A stretch of 64,000 bases of DNA from Eledone cirrhosa (lineage: Eukaryota): the NCBI GenBank assembly GCA_964016885.1, contig OZ024749.1:13950001-14014000 (forward strand), in the 5' to 3' direction. Below the pieces are notes generated by a model. That model saw only the letters and a program-made list of their open reading frames with translations. It made no database searches and was not told where the DNA came from. The translations under genes were made by a program, and so were the position numbers. Position 1 is the first letter of the stretch, and each line of letters opens with the position of its first letter. This document shows positions 12,574 to 23,399 of this stretch, one piece after another.

Positions 12574-12827
12574 TCTGATAAATCTTGTGTTCAAGTGAGT
12601 GAGTAGTAAGCGTGACGCTAGGGGAGGTAATCCAGAAATGACGACGTTTGGAAAAGTTTAATTACTGCATGAAAGAAATGATTCAAAAATTGAACTTGCC
12701 CAATCTTCACAACATTAAAAATTGGTCAAAATTTGACAAATCTGACTTCAAACCAGATATGATTCATTTGAACAATGTTGGAAATCTTAAATTGACACAA
12801 ATTTTTGCCAATGTTTTTGCCACCTGA
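12574..12827 (+). pseudogene. SGNH/GDSL esterase C-terminal remnant
   Basis: Manual translation across frameshifts gives VQVSE..RNDD..NYCMKEMIQKLNLPNLHNIK..FDKSDFKPDMIHLNNVGNLKLTQIFANVFAT*. DxxHLN..G..KL matches SGNH block V. Confidence 0.6.
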
Positions 12828-13007
12828 TCCTTGTTCTATGGCTGACTGACTAATTTTGTGACTTAATAAAATGTCATCATACTAGTAATGCACAATGGTC
12901 ATTTTTAAATTTAAATTTTATTAAATAGTCGTTGCTTGCATTGCCTTGAAATAGTAACAAGAATGTACACATACTTTTTAAAAATACATCATTATCTGTC
13001 AAATCAG

Positions 13008-13367
13008 TCAAATGTCACTAAAAGCCAGGTGGTCGATAACAACTTCTATAAGATTAGTTACATGCTCACACATTGGATCACCTCTCATCAATGGCATTGA
13101 GTGTCTGAGATAATCGTGGAGATAACTGATGAAGTCACAAATGAAGTGATGGTCTTCCAGTGTGAACAACTCCCTATATCCATTGATATATGTGATGGCT
13201 TCCGATTCATAGGTGCATTTTATGAGGAATTCCATGCATCCGATTTTCAATGATTCAATGGGCATTTTATCAGAGATGATAAGGTATTTGACCACGTTTT
13301 GCTTTGTAAGTAAATTGGAGAGAATCACTGCAGTCAAAGTCATTTCTTTGCATGGGTTTTTGTCCAT
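13008..13367 (-). CDS. Intact 119-aa ORF with BACK-like (BTB C-terminal helical) similarity
   Basis: ATG to stop with normal composition. LTKQNVVKYLIISDKMPIESLKIGCMEFL fits the LTxENV..L..AD.....LK..C.EF pattern of BTB-BACK proteins. Flanked by direct repeats. Confidence 0.5.
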   Translation of the reverse strand: MDKNPCKEMTLTAVILSNLLTKQNVVKYLIISDKMPIESLKIGCMEFLIKCTYESEAITYINGYRELFTLEDHHFICDFISYLHDYLRHSMPLMRGDPMCEHVTNLIEVVIDHLAFSDI

Positions 13368-13503
13368 TCTAAAAAGTTAAAATGATAAAGTATTACTACT
13401 ATATAACTTACATCTATTGTTGTAATCACTTGTCAGTAATTCACTATGATCATTTAATTATTAGATAGTTGTTGCTTGCATTGCCTTAAAAAATAGTAGA
13501 CCC

Positions 13504-14600
13504 GATAGAAAAATGCGTACAGCAGAAAAAAGTAATATTGTTGGAATATAAACCTTTAAAAATACAGCACAAGAAACTAAAATAAAACTTTAAAAGAATA
13601 GGACAAGAAACTAAGATAAAACTTTAAAGAATTGGACAAGAAATAAAAAAATTTACAATAATATTAGTGGCAACATTTTTTTATTCGTTTCCTGTGCTAT
13701 GCCCCAGTATCTTCTTGATTAGTGCATAATAATTGTCATGCTCTCATTGTGCGTTGCCCCTGAGCGGTTGGTTCTGGTTGGGGTTGGTTGGCTGAGCAGT
13801 TCTGCTCCGTCAGAATGACCATTGCAAGAAGAATTGGCCGATGCAGCTGCAGGTCTCCTCCAAGAATGCACTTCTGGTCCCGCAACACCAGACGAAGATG
13901 GAGAAGACGACCGGGACAAGATGTCGACTCTGACCACCGACTACGGCACCTCCCTCAACCACCGGTCCTCCCTCCCTCTGTCCCGTCATCCCTCCAGTCC
14001 TCCTGCTCCCCCTTCCTGTACCAGAAAGCTGTGGCACGCATTCATCTGGACTGCCGAACTTGAACTCAAGGACAAGATGCAAGGAGAAGATGGACGGGTT
14101 GGTCAAGATCAAGGATGAGCGGGACGACAAGACCGTCCGCTGCTGCTCAAGATCTGTGCTCATGGGCCCATGGGTCCATTCACATTATGCATGACACATG
14201 AGGCGTGTCGCCGAATGATGAAATAGGGGTATGGTTATGGCCCAATTGGTGTTCAAACCAGGATCAAATGAACCCCCCGGTCTGACGACGACCTCTGAAT
14301 GTGGAACCCAGAGCCTATGAATGTGGAACCCAGAGCCTATGAATGTGGAACCCAGAGCCTATGAATGTGGAACTCGATTTTTTACCAATAAAAATTTTGC
14401 CACTAATATTATTGTAACATTTTTTATTTCTTGTCCAATTCTTTAAAGTTTTATCTTAGTTTCTTGTCCTATTCTTTTAAAGTGTCATCTTAGTTTCTTG
14501 TCCTATTCTTTTAAAGTTTTATTTTAGTTTCTTGTCCTGTATTTTTAAAGGTTTATATTCCAACAATATTACTTTTTTTTGCTGTACGCATTTTTCTATC
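13504..14600. mobile_element. ~180-215 bp inverted repeats with ~31-bp subrepeats enclosing a GC-rich ORF-like segment
   Basis: 13504-13684 is the reverse complement of 14387-14600, with one extra subrepeat on the right. Internal acidic ORF 13822-14118 and a ~22-bp tandem repeat at 14296-14373. Confidence 0.7.
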
Positions 14601-14626
14601 TGGTATATATATATATATATATATAT

Positions 14627-14709
14627 CAAAGGAATTGTGGTAAGGAACCAGATGGACCATAACGCACCGTCGAAATGGCTTGAGCTCTGCCGTCGGGGTC
14701 ATACCTTTT

Positions 14710-14712
<3 letters not shown>
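14627..14712 (+). mobile_element. Fragment of family C repeat with a hammerhead 3' half
   Basis: GTGGTAAGGAACCAGATGGACCATAACG then GAAA-TGGC..GCCG-TC-GGGG. Relatives at 4830-4901 (-), 11665-11722, 51518-51583 (-) and 51644-51773. Confidence 0.6.
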
Positions 14713-14756
<44 letters not shown>

Positions 14757-14902
14757 ATCATCCACTTTTCTAAAAAACAAATCATACACAAAACGCCAGT
14801 TCCAACAGTTTTGCAAGAGATGGACCTGTTATTTTTATCCAAAGACATTTTTTTCCAATTCCATCCCGCCCGTCCCCTTAATCTATTTTATTTCTCATTC
14901 TT

Positions 14903-14938
14903 TCTTCTGATGAAGGACTAGCGTCCGAAACGTTAAGA
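14903..14938 (+). ncRNA. Minimal type-I hammerhead ribozyme (family B)
   Basis: TCTT-CTGATGA-A-GGAC tagc GTCC-GAAA-CG-TT-AAGA. Stem I TCTT/AAGA and loopless palindromic stem III ACGT. Lies in a TA-flanked repeat at ~14755-15020. Confidence 0.75.
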
Positions 14939-15015
14939 CCCTCTTCCTGCTATATCAAGCGTTAACCTAATATATACCTTCCATATACTGTACCGATTGT
15001 GTTGTTATTTCTGTT

Positions 15016-15046
<31 letters not shown>

Positions 15047-15158
15047 GAAGACTAATAATAAATTTGAAGACTAAAATCCAAAGAGGGCTCGATAAGGATA
15101 AATATATATCAGATATATAAGAACCGTAGAGCAAATATTTATTAAAATAACAGATTAA

Positions 15159-15212
<54 letters not shown>

Positions 15213-15214
<2 letters not shown>

Positions 15215-15327
15215 TTGAAAAAAATGAAAACGAAATTTCATTTCTCACTCTTAGTATGGCACTTACTTAAATGTAAGTATGTATGTATACGTACATACAT
15301 ATATGTATACAGACGTACAGTAGCATG

Positions 15328-15400
<73 letters not shown>

Positions 15401-15867
15401 ACACATGTGCATACAGGTACACATACATATATGCACGCAGCAGTTTAGCCGACGTTTATTATAAAGCCTGCTTTGTTCGTTTGTTTATCAACAAATCGAA
15501 CAGCCTGAATTTATGCCATACGGTGTTAAGGCAACCACGTCACCTTTTTGTTCAACACTGACACAGGAACGATGTACTAGTTTCAAGCTTGTTAGCTATC
15601 ATCAGCACCGTTTACCCATCTGCCAGATAGTTGAACGTTCGAAAGTATATACTTTCCTTATGAAAATTAACGGCTGAGCAGCCTAATTTGCATATTGAGT
15701 GAGTTAAATCGGTCAGGCATACCGAAAACGATTAGTTGAACAAAATGAAAACGAAATTTCATTTCTCACTCTTAGTATGGCACTTACTTAAATGTAAGTA
15801 TGTATGTATGCGTATATATATATATATGCATGCTACTGTACGTCTGTATACATATATGTATGTACGT
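15213..15867 (+). mobile_element. Retrozyme/pLTR-like unit: direct repeat with 521-nt period and a decayed hammerhead
   Basis: 15213-15290 repeats at 15734-15810. Stem I TTTTGTTCAAC/GTTGAACAAAA brackets CTGACAC...CCGAAA. 15288-15329 is inverted at 15828-15867. Confidence 0.5.
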
Positions 15868-15954
15868 GTATGTGAGGGAGAGAGTACCGGGTTCAGTCGG
15901 GTGTAACCTCAATAAGTAAGGTACTCAATACATTAGTATAGAGTAAGTATCATC

Positions 15955-16078
15955 TTTAACATAGAAATGGCTTCTACAGGACTGGAACTGTTTCATTCAA
16001 AAGAAATCATTAGAAAAGCCTAATGATTTCTTTTGAATGAAAAAGTTCTAACTCTATAGGAGCCATTTCTATATTAAA
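15955..16078. repeat. Imperfect palindrome in a dispersed repeat
   Basis: TTTAACATAGAAATGGC...TCATTAG aaaagc CTAATGA...GCCATTTCTATATTAAA. A relative lies at 38969-39072. Confidence 0.75.
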
Positions 16079-16133
16079 CATAACATAGATATATAAGATA
16101 GATAGACAGATAGATAGATAAATAAATAGATAA

Positions 16134-16179
<46 letters not shown>

Positions 16180-16289
16180 TGATAGATAGATAGATAGATT
16201 GATAATTGAATTTCCCCATCCCATCCCACCAAATTTCTGGCGTTGTGCCAATATTGGTCTAGTCTAAAGTCCCTCTCAAGCCGGAAGGT

Positions 16290-16645
16290 TCATCAGCCGC
16301 TGCTTATCCCAGTTTTTGTGGCATTAAGTGACTGGACCCAGTCCATCACAGGGTTCAACCCCCAGCTATTGCTGGTACTCATTTTCAGTTGAGTATACTG
16401 GTGAAATGTAGTGTTTTGTTCACGAACACAACACAGTCCAGGAGTCGAACATACGACTCTGGTTGTAAGTCCAACACCCTTACCACTAGGCCACTCTAGT
16501 TGTAGGTCTATCACCCTTACCACTAGGCCACTCTGGTTGTAAGTCCAACACCCTTACCACTAGGCCACTCTAGTTGTAAGTCATCACCCTTACCACTAGG
16601 CCACTCTAGTTGTAAGTCTATCACCCTTACCACTAGGCCACGCAC
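16290..16645 (-). mobile_element. tRNA-derived SINE (second family) with tandemly amplified head
   Basis: The minus strand has TGGCCTAGTGGTAAGG (A-box) repeated five times at ~37-bp spacing, then GTTCGACTCC (B-box). Confidence 0.7.
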
Positions 16646-17151
16646 CAATATTAGAAACAATTATTAATTGTTTCAACTTTTCAAATACTCAATACATCCC
16701 ATCAAATCATTTTTTACTTACAGTTTTCTCAATAATTTGTTGTTGTTTATTTCCATCGATCTCTTGGCTCTCCTCTTCTCTGTATTTAGGTTTATTGATC
16801 TCAATTTTAGACAGTCATGGTGAGCTAACCCTTTCCCAGTCGAATTCAAGTCAACCACTAACATCTAAACAGTCCATTGTTAAACGATATATCAATACTT
16901 AACATTCCAGTATCTAGTGTTTTTCTTCTTTCTACTGATAAAAAGGTTTGTGAGCGCCAAAGATAGATAGATAGATAGAGAAAGAGAGAGAAAGAGAGAG
17001 AGAGAGAAACAGTGAAAGAAAAAATTGAGAAAGAGAGAGAAACAGTAAGAGAGTGAGAGGAAGAGAGAAACAGTGAGAGAGAGAAAGAAACAGTGAGAGA
17101 GATAGAAAGAAAGAAACAATGAGAGAGAGGGAGAGATAGATTGCAAGAGAG

Positions 17152-17224
<73 letters not shown>

Positions 17225-17276
17225 GGGTTATGGCACCGGGCTTGAGACAGGCTTTAGAATAAATATACTATATATA

Positions 17277-17308
<32 letters not shown>

Positions 17309-17316
<8 letters not shown>

Positions 17317-17476
17317 GAATATATAAGAGAGACATATATGTGTTCAAATCGTAAGGGACCAGATTTGCTAGGGTAAAAAAAAAAATACTAACTATGAACA
17401 ACACGGTTTGCCCTTACGATTTGAACACATGTATGTTTATATCTGTGTTTATCTCTCTTTTATATTCAATTATATT
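17309..17476. repeat. Inverted repeat beside (TA)n
   Basis: ATGTGTTCAAATCGTAAGGG pairs with CCCTTACGATTTGAACACAT, and outer ATATAATTGAATATA pairs with TATATTCAATTATAT. Confidence 0.75.
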
Positions 17477-17916
17477 ACACGGCCCGGAAAAATCTCTTTC
17501 CTTGAGCTATTTAATTGTAAGAAACTATTTAGAGATTCTAACTCAATATATACCTTTGATATATCTATATATATAAAGTTGTAGTTCCTGTCTGTTTGTT
17601 TATTTGTTCACGAACTCCTCCTATAGTTTTAGAGATAGACCCCATAACCATATATATTCTGAAACTACATTGCCCAGGGTACTTGGATAAGTATATTTCA
17701 TTTTAATGAAAGGGTTCCCCGGGGGCACAAAACTCCGCTGAAAATGTTTTCCCTTCGATTTATATGAAATTTAAATCATAGGTAAATGATGAGATATGAT
17801 GCCTATTCACAAAATTTCAGCAAATTTCAATAATATTAAGACACCCTAATTGGGGGTTAAACCCCCTATAGTGAAAATGTTGACCAATAAATGGAACAAG
17901 ATGTGTTGTAACAAGA

Positions 17917-18249
17917 TTGCACGAGAACTTGATTGGAGCAACCATTATATTCGGGGCTTACAAAAGTCAAGCTCTTCTCATTCCGAGGATTCCACTTATA
18001 CCAAGTGATAACGAGTTGCCTTTTAGATTTAAGAGGCTGCAGTTCCCAGTGAGGCCATGCTTTGCCTTGAGCATCAATAAGAGTCAAGGTCAAACTTTCA
18101 AAACTATTGGTATAGATTTGACAAACCCATGTTTCAGTCATGGCATGTTTTATGTGGCTGTTTCAAGGACTGGAACTTCAAAAAATCTCTACATTTTAGC
18201 CAACCAAAGAAAGACAAGAAATGTTGTTTACTCTGAAGTTCTTCATTAG
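17917..18249 (+). pseudogene. PIF1-family (Helitron RepHel) helicase C-terminal fragment
   Basis: LIPRIPLIPSDNELPFRFKRLQFPVRPCFALSINKSQGQT...CFSHGMFYVAVSR...TRNVVYSEVL* covers SF1B motifs V and VI. Confidence 0.92.
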
Positions 18250-18416
18250 GACAAAGTATGAAATATATTTTCATGTATTTATTATGTTAAAAAATAAATA
18301 ATTAAACTTTGAATTTCTAATTTGTAAATAATGCTTTACACAAAAATGAAATGATCAAGTTTTGAATTGATATTTAAAAAAAAAATATTTACAAAAAAAC
18401 AAAATAAGAATAAGAT

Positions 18417-18585
18417 TTAATAATTGTTTCTACTTTTGGCACAAGGCCAGCAATTACCCAGTACATTACTGGTACTTTATTTTATCGACCCCGTAAGGAT
18501 GAAAGGCAAAGTTAACCTCGGCGGGATTTGAACTCAGATCATAAAGGGACGTAACTCTATGCTTCAAAGCATTGTGTCCGACTCA
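18417..18585 (-). mobile_element. SINE nested in the Helitron
   Basis: Same family as 6741-6928. Confidence 0.9.
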
Positions 18586-19499
18586 ATGTAATTTTGATTT
18601 GATATATTACAAAAAATAATGTTTTCCAATTTTTCATGCATTACATTTTACATTGAGTAATATCGAAATGCAGAGTTTTTCTCCATAAATCATATCACTG
18701 ATTTAAAATCAATTATCATTTTTTTACAAAAAAAATGTTTGAAACGTAGCAAGGCGCGGGTAATTCGGCAAGTATATATATATATATATATACAAGTGGA
18801 AATTTCTGTAATCTCATGTACAATTAATTAATTAAAGATTTCTTGATGTTTTTAATTACACTGAAGGTGCTAAAAAATGTAAATTCTAATAGCCACGGGA
18901 CTTGGTCGGGGTCCGGGGGTCGGGGGAGGGTCGAGTCCGGGGGTCGGTAAAGGAAGAATTTGTTCTCAAGTTGTCAATATTCCATTCACAAAAACAAAAG
19001 CCTCCCCCTCTCTCTCTCTCTCTCTCTATCAATCTATCTCCCTTCTTTCTATATCTCCCCCTCTCTCTCTCAGTCTCCCATCTCCCCCCTCTCCCTCCCC
19101 CGTCCCTCTCTCTCACTCAGTCTCCCATTTTCCTCCTCTCTCTCCTCTCCCTTTCTCCCCCTACGCCCCTCTCCACCCCTCTCCCTTTCTCACCCCCTCT
19201 CTCTCACACACACCTTCTAATCCTCCATATCCACACAGCTCAGATATTCAACAAACCCAATGAAATATTCAATACAATTAACTCTGTTATAAAAACAAAA
19301 CACACAATAAAAGGCGCTAAATAATTCTCAGGAGAGTTTAACAGCAGAAGGTCGTCAGAGAAGTAAACTCTGGCCCCTTGAGCGAGTGTTTCGGAATTTA
19401 AAGGGAACAAAATAGGAAAGAAAAAAAGGGATTTACGAAGCAGAAATTGGTACAGCTTTATCTGAGAACCATTTCTGCTTTCTTTGTATTTATTTATTT

Positions 19500-22400
19500 T
19501 TAAATTACTGGTCTTTGTCATTAGACAGTGGCCATGCTGGAGCACGACCTTCATTCGATCAATCATATTCACCACAGTTGTTAGTTGACAGTGGCCATGC
19601 TGGAGCACGACCTTCATTCGATCAATCATATTCACCACAGTTGTTAGTTGACAGTGGCCATGCTGGAGCACGACCTTCATTCGATCAATCATATTCACCA
19701 CAGTTGTTAGTTGACTGTGGCCATACTGGAGCACTACCTTCATTCAATCAATCATATCTACCACAGTTGTTAGTTGACAGTGGCCATGCTGGAGCACGAC
19801 CTTCATTCAATCAATCATATCCACCACAGTTGTTAGTTGACAGTGGCCATACTGGAGCACAATCTTCATTCAATCAATCATATTCACCACAGTTGTTAGT
19901 TGACAGTGGCCATACTGGAGCACTACCTTCATTCAATCAATCATATCTACCACAGTTGTTAGTTAACAGTGGCCATGCTGGAGCACGACCTTCATTCAAT
20001 CAATCATATCCACCACAGTTGTTAGTTGACAGTGGCCATACTGGAGCACTACCTTCATTCAATCAATCATATCTACCACAGTTGTTAGTTGACAGTGGCC
20101 ATGCTGGAGCACGACCTTCATTCAATCAATCATATTCACCACAGTTGTTAGTTGACAGTGGCCATACTGGAGCACTACCTTCATTCGATCAATCATATTC
20201 ACCACAGTTGTTAGTTGACAGTGGCCATGCTGGAGCACTACCTTCATTCGATCAATCATATTCACCACAGTTGTTAGTTAACAGTGGCCATGCTGGAGCA
20301 CTACCTTCATTCAATCAATCATATTCACCACAGTTGTTAGTTGACAGTGGCCATACTGGAGCACTACCTTCATTCAATCAATCATATCTACCACAGTTGT
20401 TAGTTAACAGTGGCCATGCTGGAGCACGACCTTCATTCAATCAATCATATCTACCACAGTTGTTAGTTGACAGTGGCCATACTGGAGCACTACCTTCATT
20501 CGATCAATCATATTCACCACAGTTGTTAGTTGACTGTGGCCATACTGGAGCACTACCTTCATTCAATCAATCATATTCACCACAGTTGTTAGTTGACAGT
20601 GGCCATGCTGGAGCACTACCTTCATTCGATCAATCATATTCACCACAGTTGTTAGTTAACAGTGGCCATGCTGGAGCACTACCTTCATTCAATCAATCAT
20701 ATTCACCACAGTTGTTAGTTGACAGTGGCCATACTGGAGCACTACCTTCATTCAATCAATCATATCTACCACAGTTGTTAGTTAACAGTGGCCATGCTGG
20801 AGCACGACCTTCATTCAATCAATCATATCTACCACAGTTGTTAGTTGACAGTGGCCATACTGGAGCACTACCTTCATTCGATCAATCATATTCACCACAG
20901 TTGTTAGTTGACTGTGGCCATACTGGAGCACTACCTTCATTCAATCAATCATATTCACCACAGTTGTTAGTTGACAGTGGCCATGCTGGAGCACTACCTT
21001 CATTCGATCAATCATATTCACCACAGTTGTTAGTTAACAGTGGCCATGCTGGAGCACTACCTTCATTCAATCAATCATATTCACCACAGTTGTTAGTTGA
21101 CAGTGGCCATACTGGAGCACTACCTTCATTCAATCAATCATATCTACCACAGTTGTTAGTTAACAGTGGCCATGCTGGAGCACGACCTTCATTCAATCAA
21201 TCATATCTACCACAGTTGTTAGTTGACAGTGGCCATACTGGAGCACTACCTTCATTCGATCAATCATATTCACCACAGTTGTTAGTTGACTGTGGCCATA
21301 CTGGAGCACTACCTTCATTCAATCAATCATATTCACCACAGTTGTTAGTTGACAGTGGCCATACTGGAGCACTACCTTCATTCGATCAATCATATTCACC
21401 ACAGTTGTTAGTTGACAGTGGCCATGCTGGAGCACTACCTTCATTCGATCAATCATATTCACCACAGTTGTTAGTTGACAGTGGACATACTGGAGCACTA
21501 CCTTCATTCGATCAATCATATTCACCACAGTTGTTAGTTGACAGTGGCCATGCTGGAGCACTACCTTCATTCGATCAATCATATTCACCACAGTTGTTAG
21601 TTGACAGTGGCCATACTGGAGCACTACCTTCATTCAATCAATCATATTCACCACAGTTGTTAGTTGACAGTGGCCATACTGGAGCACTACCTTCATTCGA
21701 TCAATCATATTCACCACAGTTGTTAGTTGACAGTGGCCATACTGGAGCACTACCTTCATTCGATCAATCATATTCACCACAGTTGTTAGTTGACAGTGGC
21801 CATGCTGGAGCACTACCTTCATTCGATCAATCATATTCACCACAGTTGTTAGTTGACAGTGGCCATACTGGAGCACTACCTTCATTCAATCAATCATATT
21901 CACCACAGTTGTTAGTTGACAGTGGCCATACTGGAGCACTACCTTCATTCAATCAATCATATTCACCACAGTTGTTAGTTGACAGTGGCCATACTGGAGC
22001 ACTACCTTCATTCAGTCAATCATATCTACCACAGTTGTTAGTTGACTGTGGCCATTCTGGAGCACTACCTTCATTCAATCAATCATATCTACCACAGTTG
22101 TTAGTTGACTGTGGCCATGCTGGAGCACTACCTTCATTCAATCAATCATATCTACCACAGTTGTTAGTTGACTGTGGCCATACTGGAGCACTACCTTCAT
22201 TCAATCAATCATATTCACCACAGTTGTTAGTTGACAGTGGCCATGCTGGAGCACGACCTTCATTCAATCAATCATATCTACCACAGTTGTTAGTTGACTG
22301 TGGCCATGCTGGAGCACGACCTTCATTCAATCAATCATATCTACCACAGTTGTTAGTTGACAGTGGCCATGCTGGAGCACTACCTTCATTCAATCAATCA

Positions 22401-23300
22401 TATTCACCACAGTTGTTAGTTGACAGTGGCCATACTGGAGCACTACCTTCATTCAGTCAATCATATCTACCACAGTTGTTAGTTGACTGTGGCCATGCTG
22501 GAGCACTACCTTCATTCAATCAATCATATCTACCACAGTTGTTAGTTGACTGTGGCCATACTGGAGCATTACCTTCATTCAATCAATCATATTCACCACA
22601 GTTGTTAGTTGACAGTGGCCATACTGGAGCACTACCTTCATTCAGTCAATCATATCTACCACAGTTGTTAGTTGACTGTGGCCATGCTGGAGCACTACCT
22701 TCATTCAATCAATCATATCTACCACAGTTGTTAGTTGACTCTGGCCATGCTGGAGCACGACCTTTATTCAATCAATCATATCTACCACAGTTGTTAGTTG
22801 ACTGTGGCCATGCTGGAGCACGACCTTCATTCAATCAATCATATCTACCACAGTTGTTAGTTGACAGTGGCCATACTGGAGCACGACCTTCATTCAATCA
22901 ATCATATCTACCACAGTTGTTAGTTGACAGTGGCCATACTGGAGCACGACCTTCATTCAATCAATCATATCTACCACAGTTGTTAGTTGACAGTGGCCAT
23001 ATTGGAGCACTATCGTTATTCAATCAATCATCTCTACCACTGACGTTATTAGACTATGGCCATACTGGAACACTACCTTCATTACAGTTGATCATACCCA
23101 CCACTGCCACCATTAGAATGTCGCCATGCTGGATCACTGCCTTCATTCAATCTACCATATCAATCACTGCCGGTATTAAACTCTGACCATACCGGAGCAC
23201 TAACTTCATTCAAACAATCATATCCACCACACTTGTCATTAGACTGTGGCCATACTGAAGCACTACCTTTATGTAATCGATCATATCCACCACAACCTTT
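19500..23300. repeat. 63-bp minisatellite (~55-60 units) with a 378-bp higher-order repeat
   Basis: Unit GACAGTGGCCAT(G/A)CTGGAGCAC(G/T)ACCTTCATTC(A/G)ATCAATCATAT..ACCACAGTTGTTAGTT. The variant TGACTG recurs at 20531, 20909 and 21287. Confidence 0.97.
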
Positions 23301-23399
23301 TTTTTTTCAAGTCTGGCATTTATTTTATCGATCTGTATTTTATTTTTTTTTATTTTTTATTTCTATTTTTTTTTTTACATAAAAGACAGAAACACACAG

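Larger units (their letters stand above)
17564..18772 (+). mobile_element. Non-autonomous Helitron retaining a helicase C-terminus
   Basis: 5' TCTATATATATAAA followed by a CTGTCTGTTTG microsatellite. 3' CGTAGCAAGGCGCGGG...GCAAG|T is a decayed hairpin plus CTAG. Internal PIF1 ORF. Confidence 0.8.

Noticed and set aside
19515-23186. 1223-aa ORF as a repetitive host protein
   Set aside because: Non-ATG start, coextensive with a 63-bp minisatellite, and common unit variants are non-synonymous. A stop-free frame is expected from a stop-free unit whose length is a multiple of 3.
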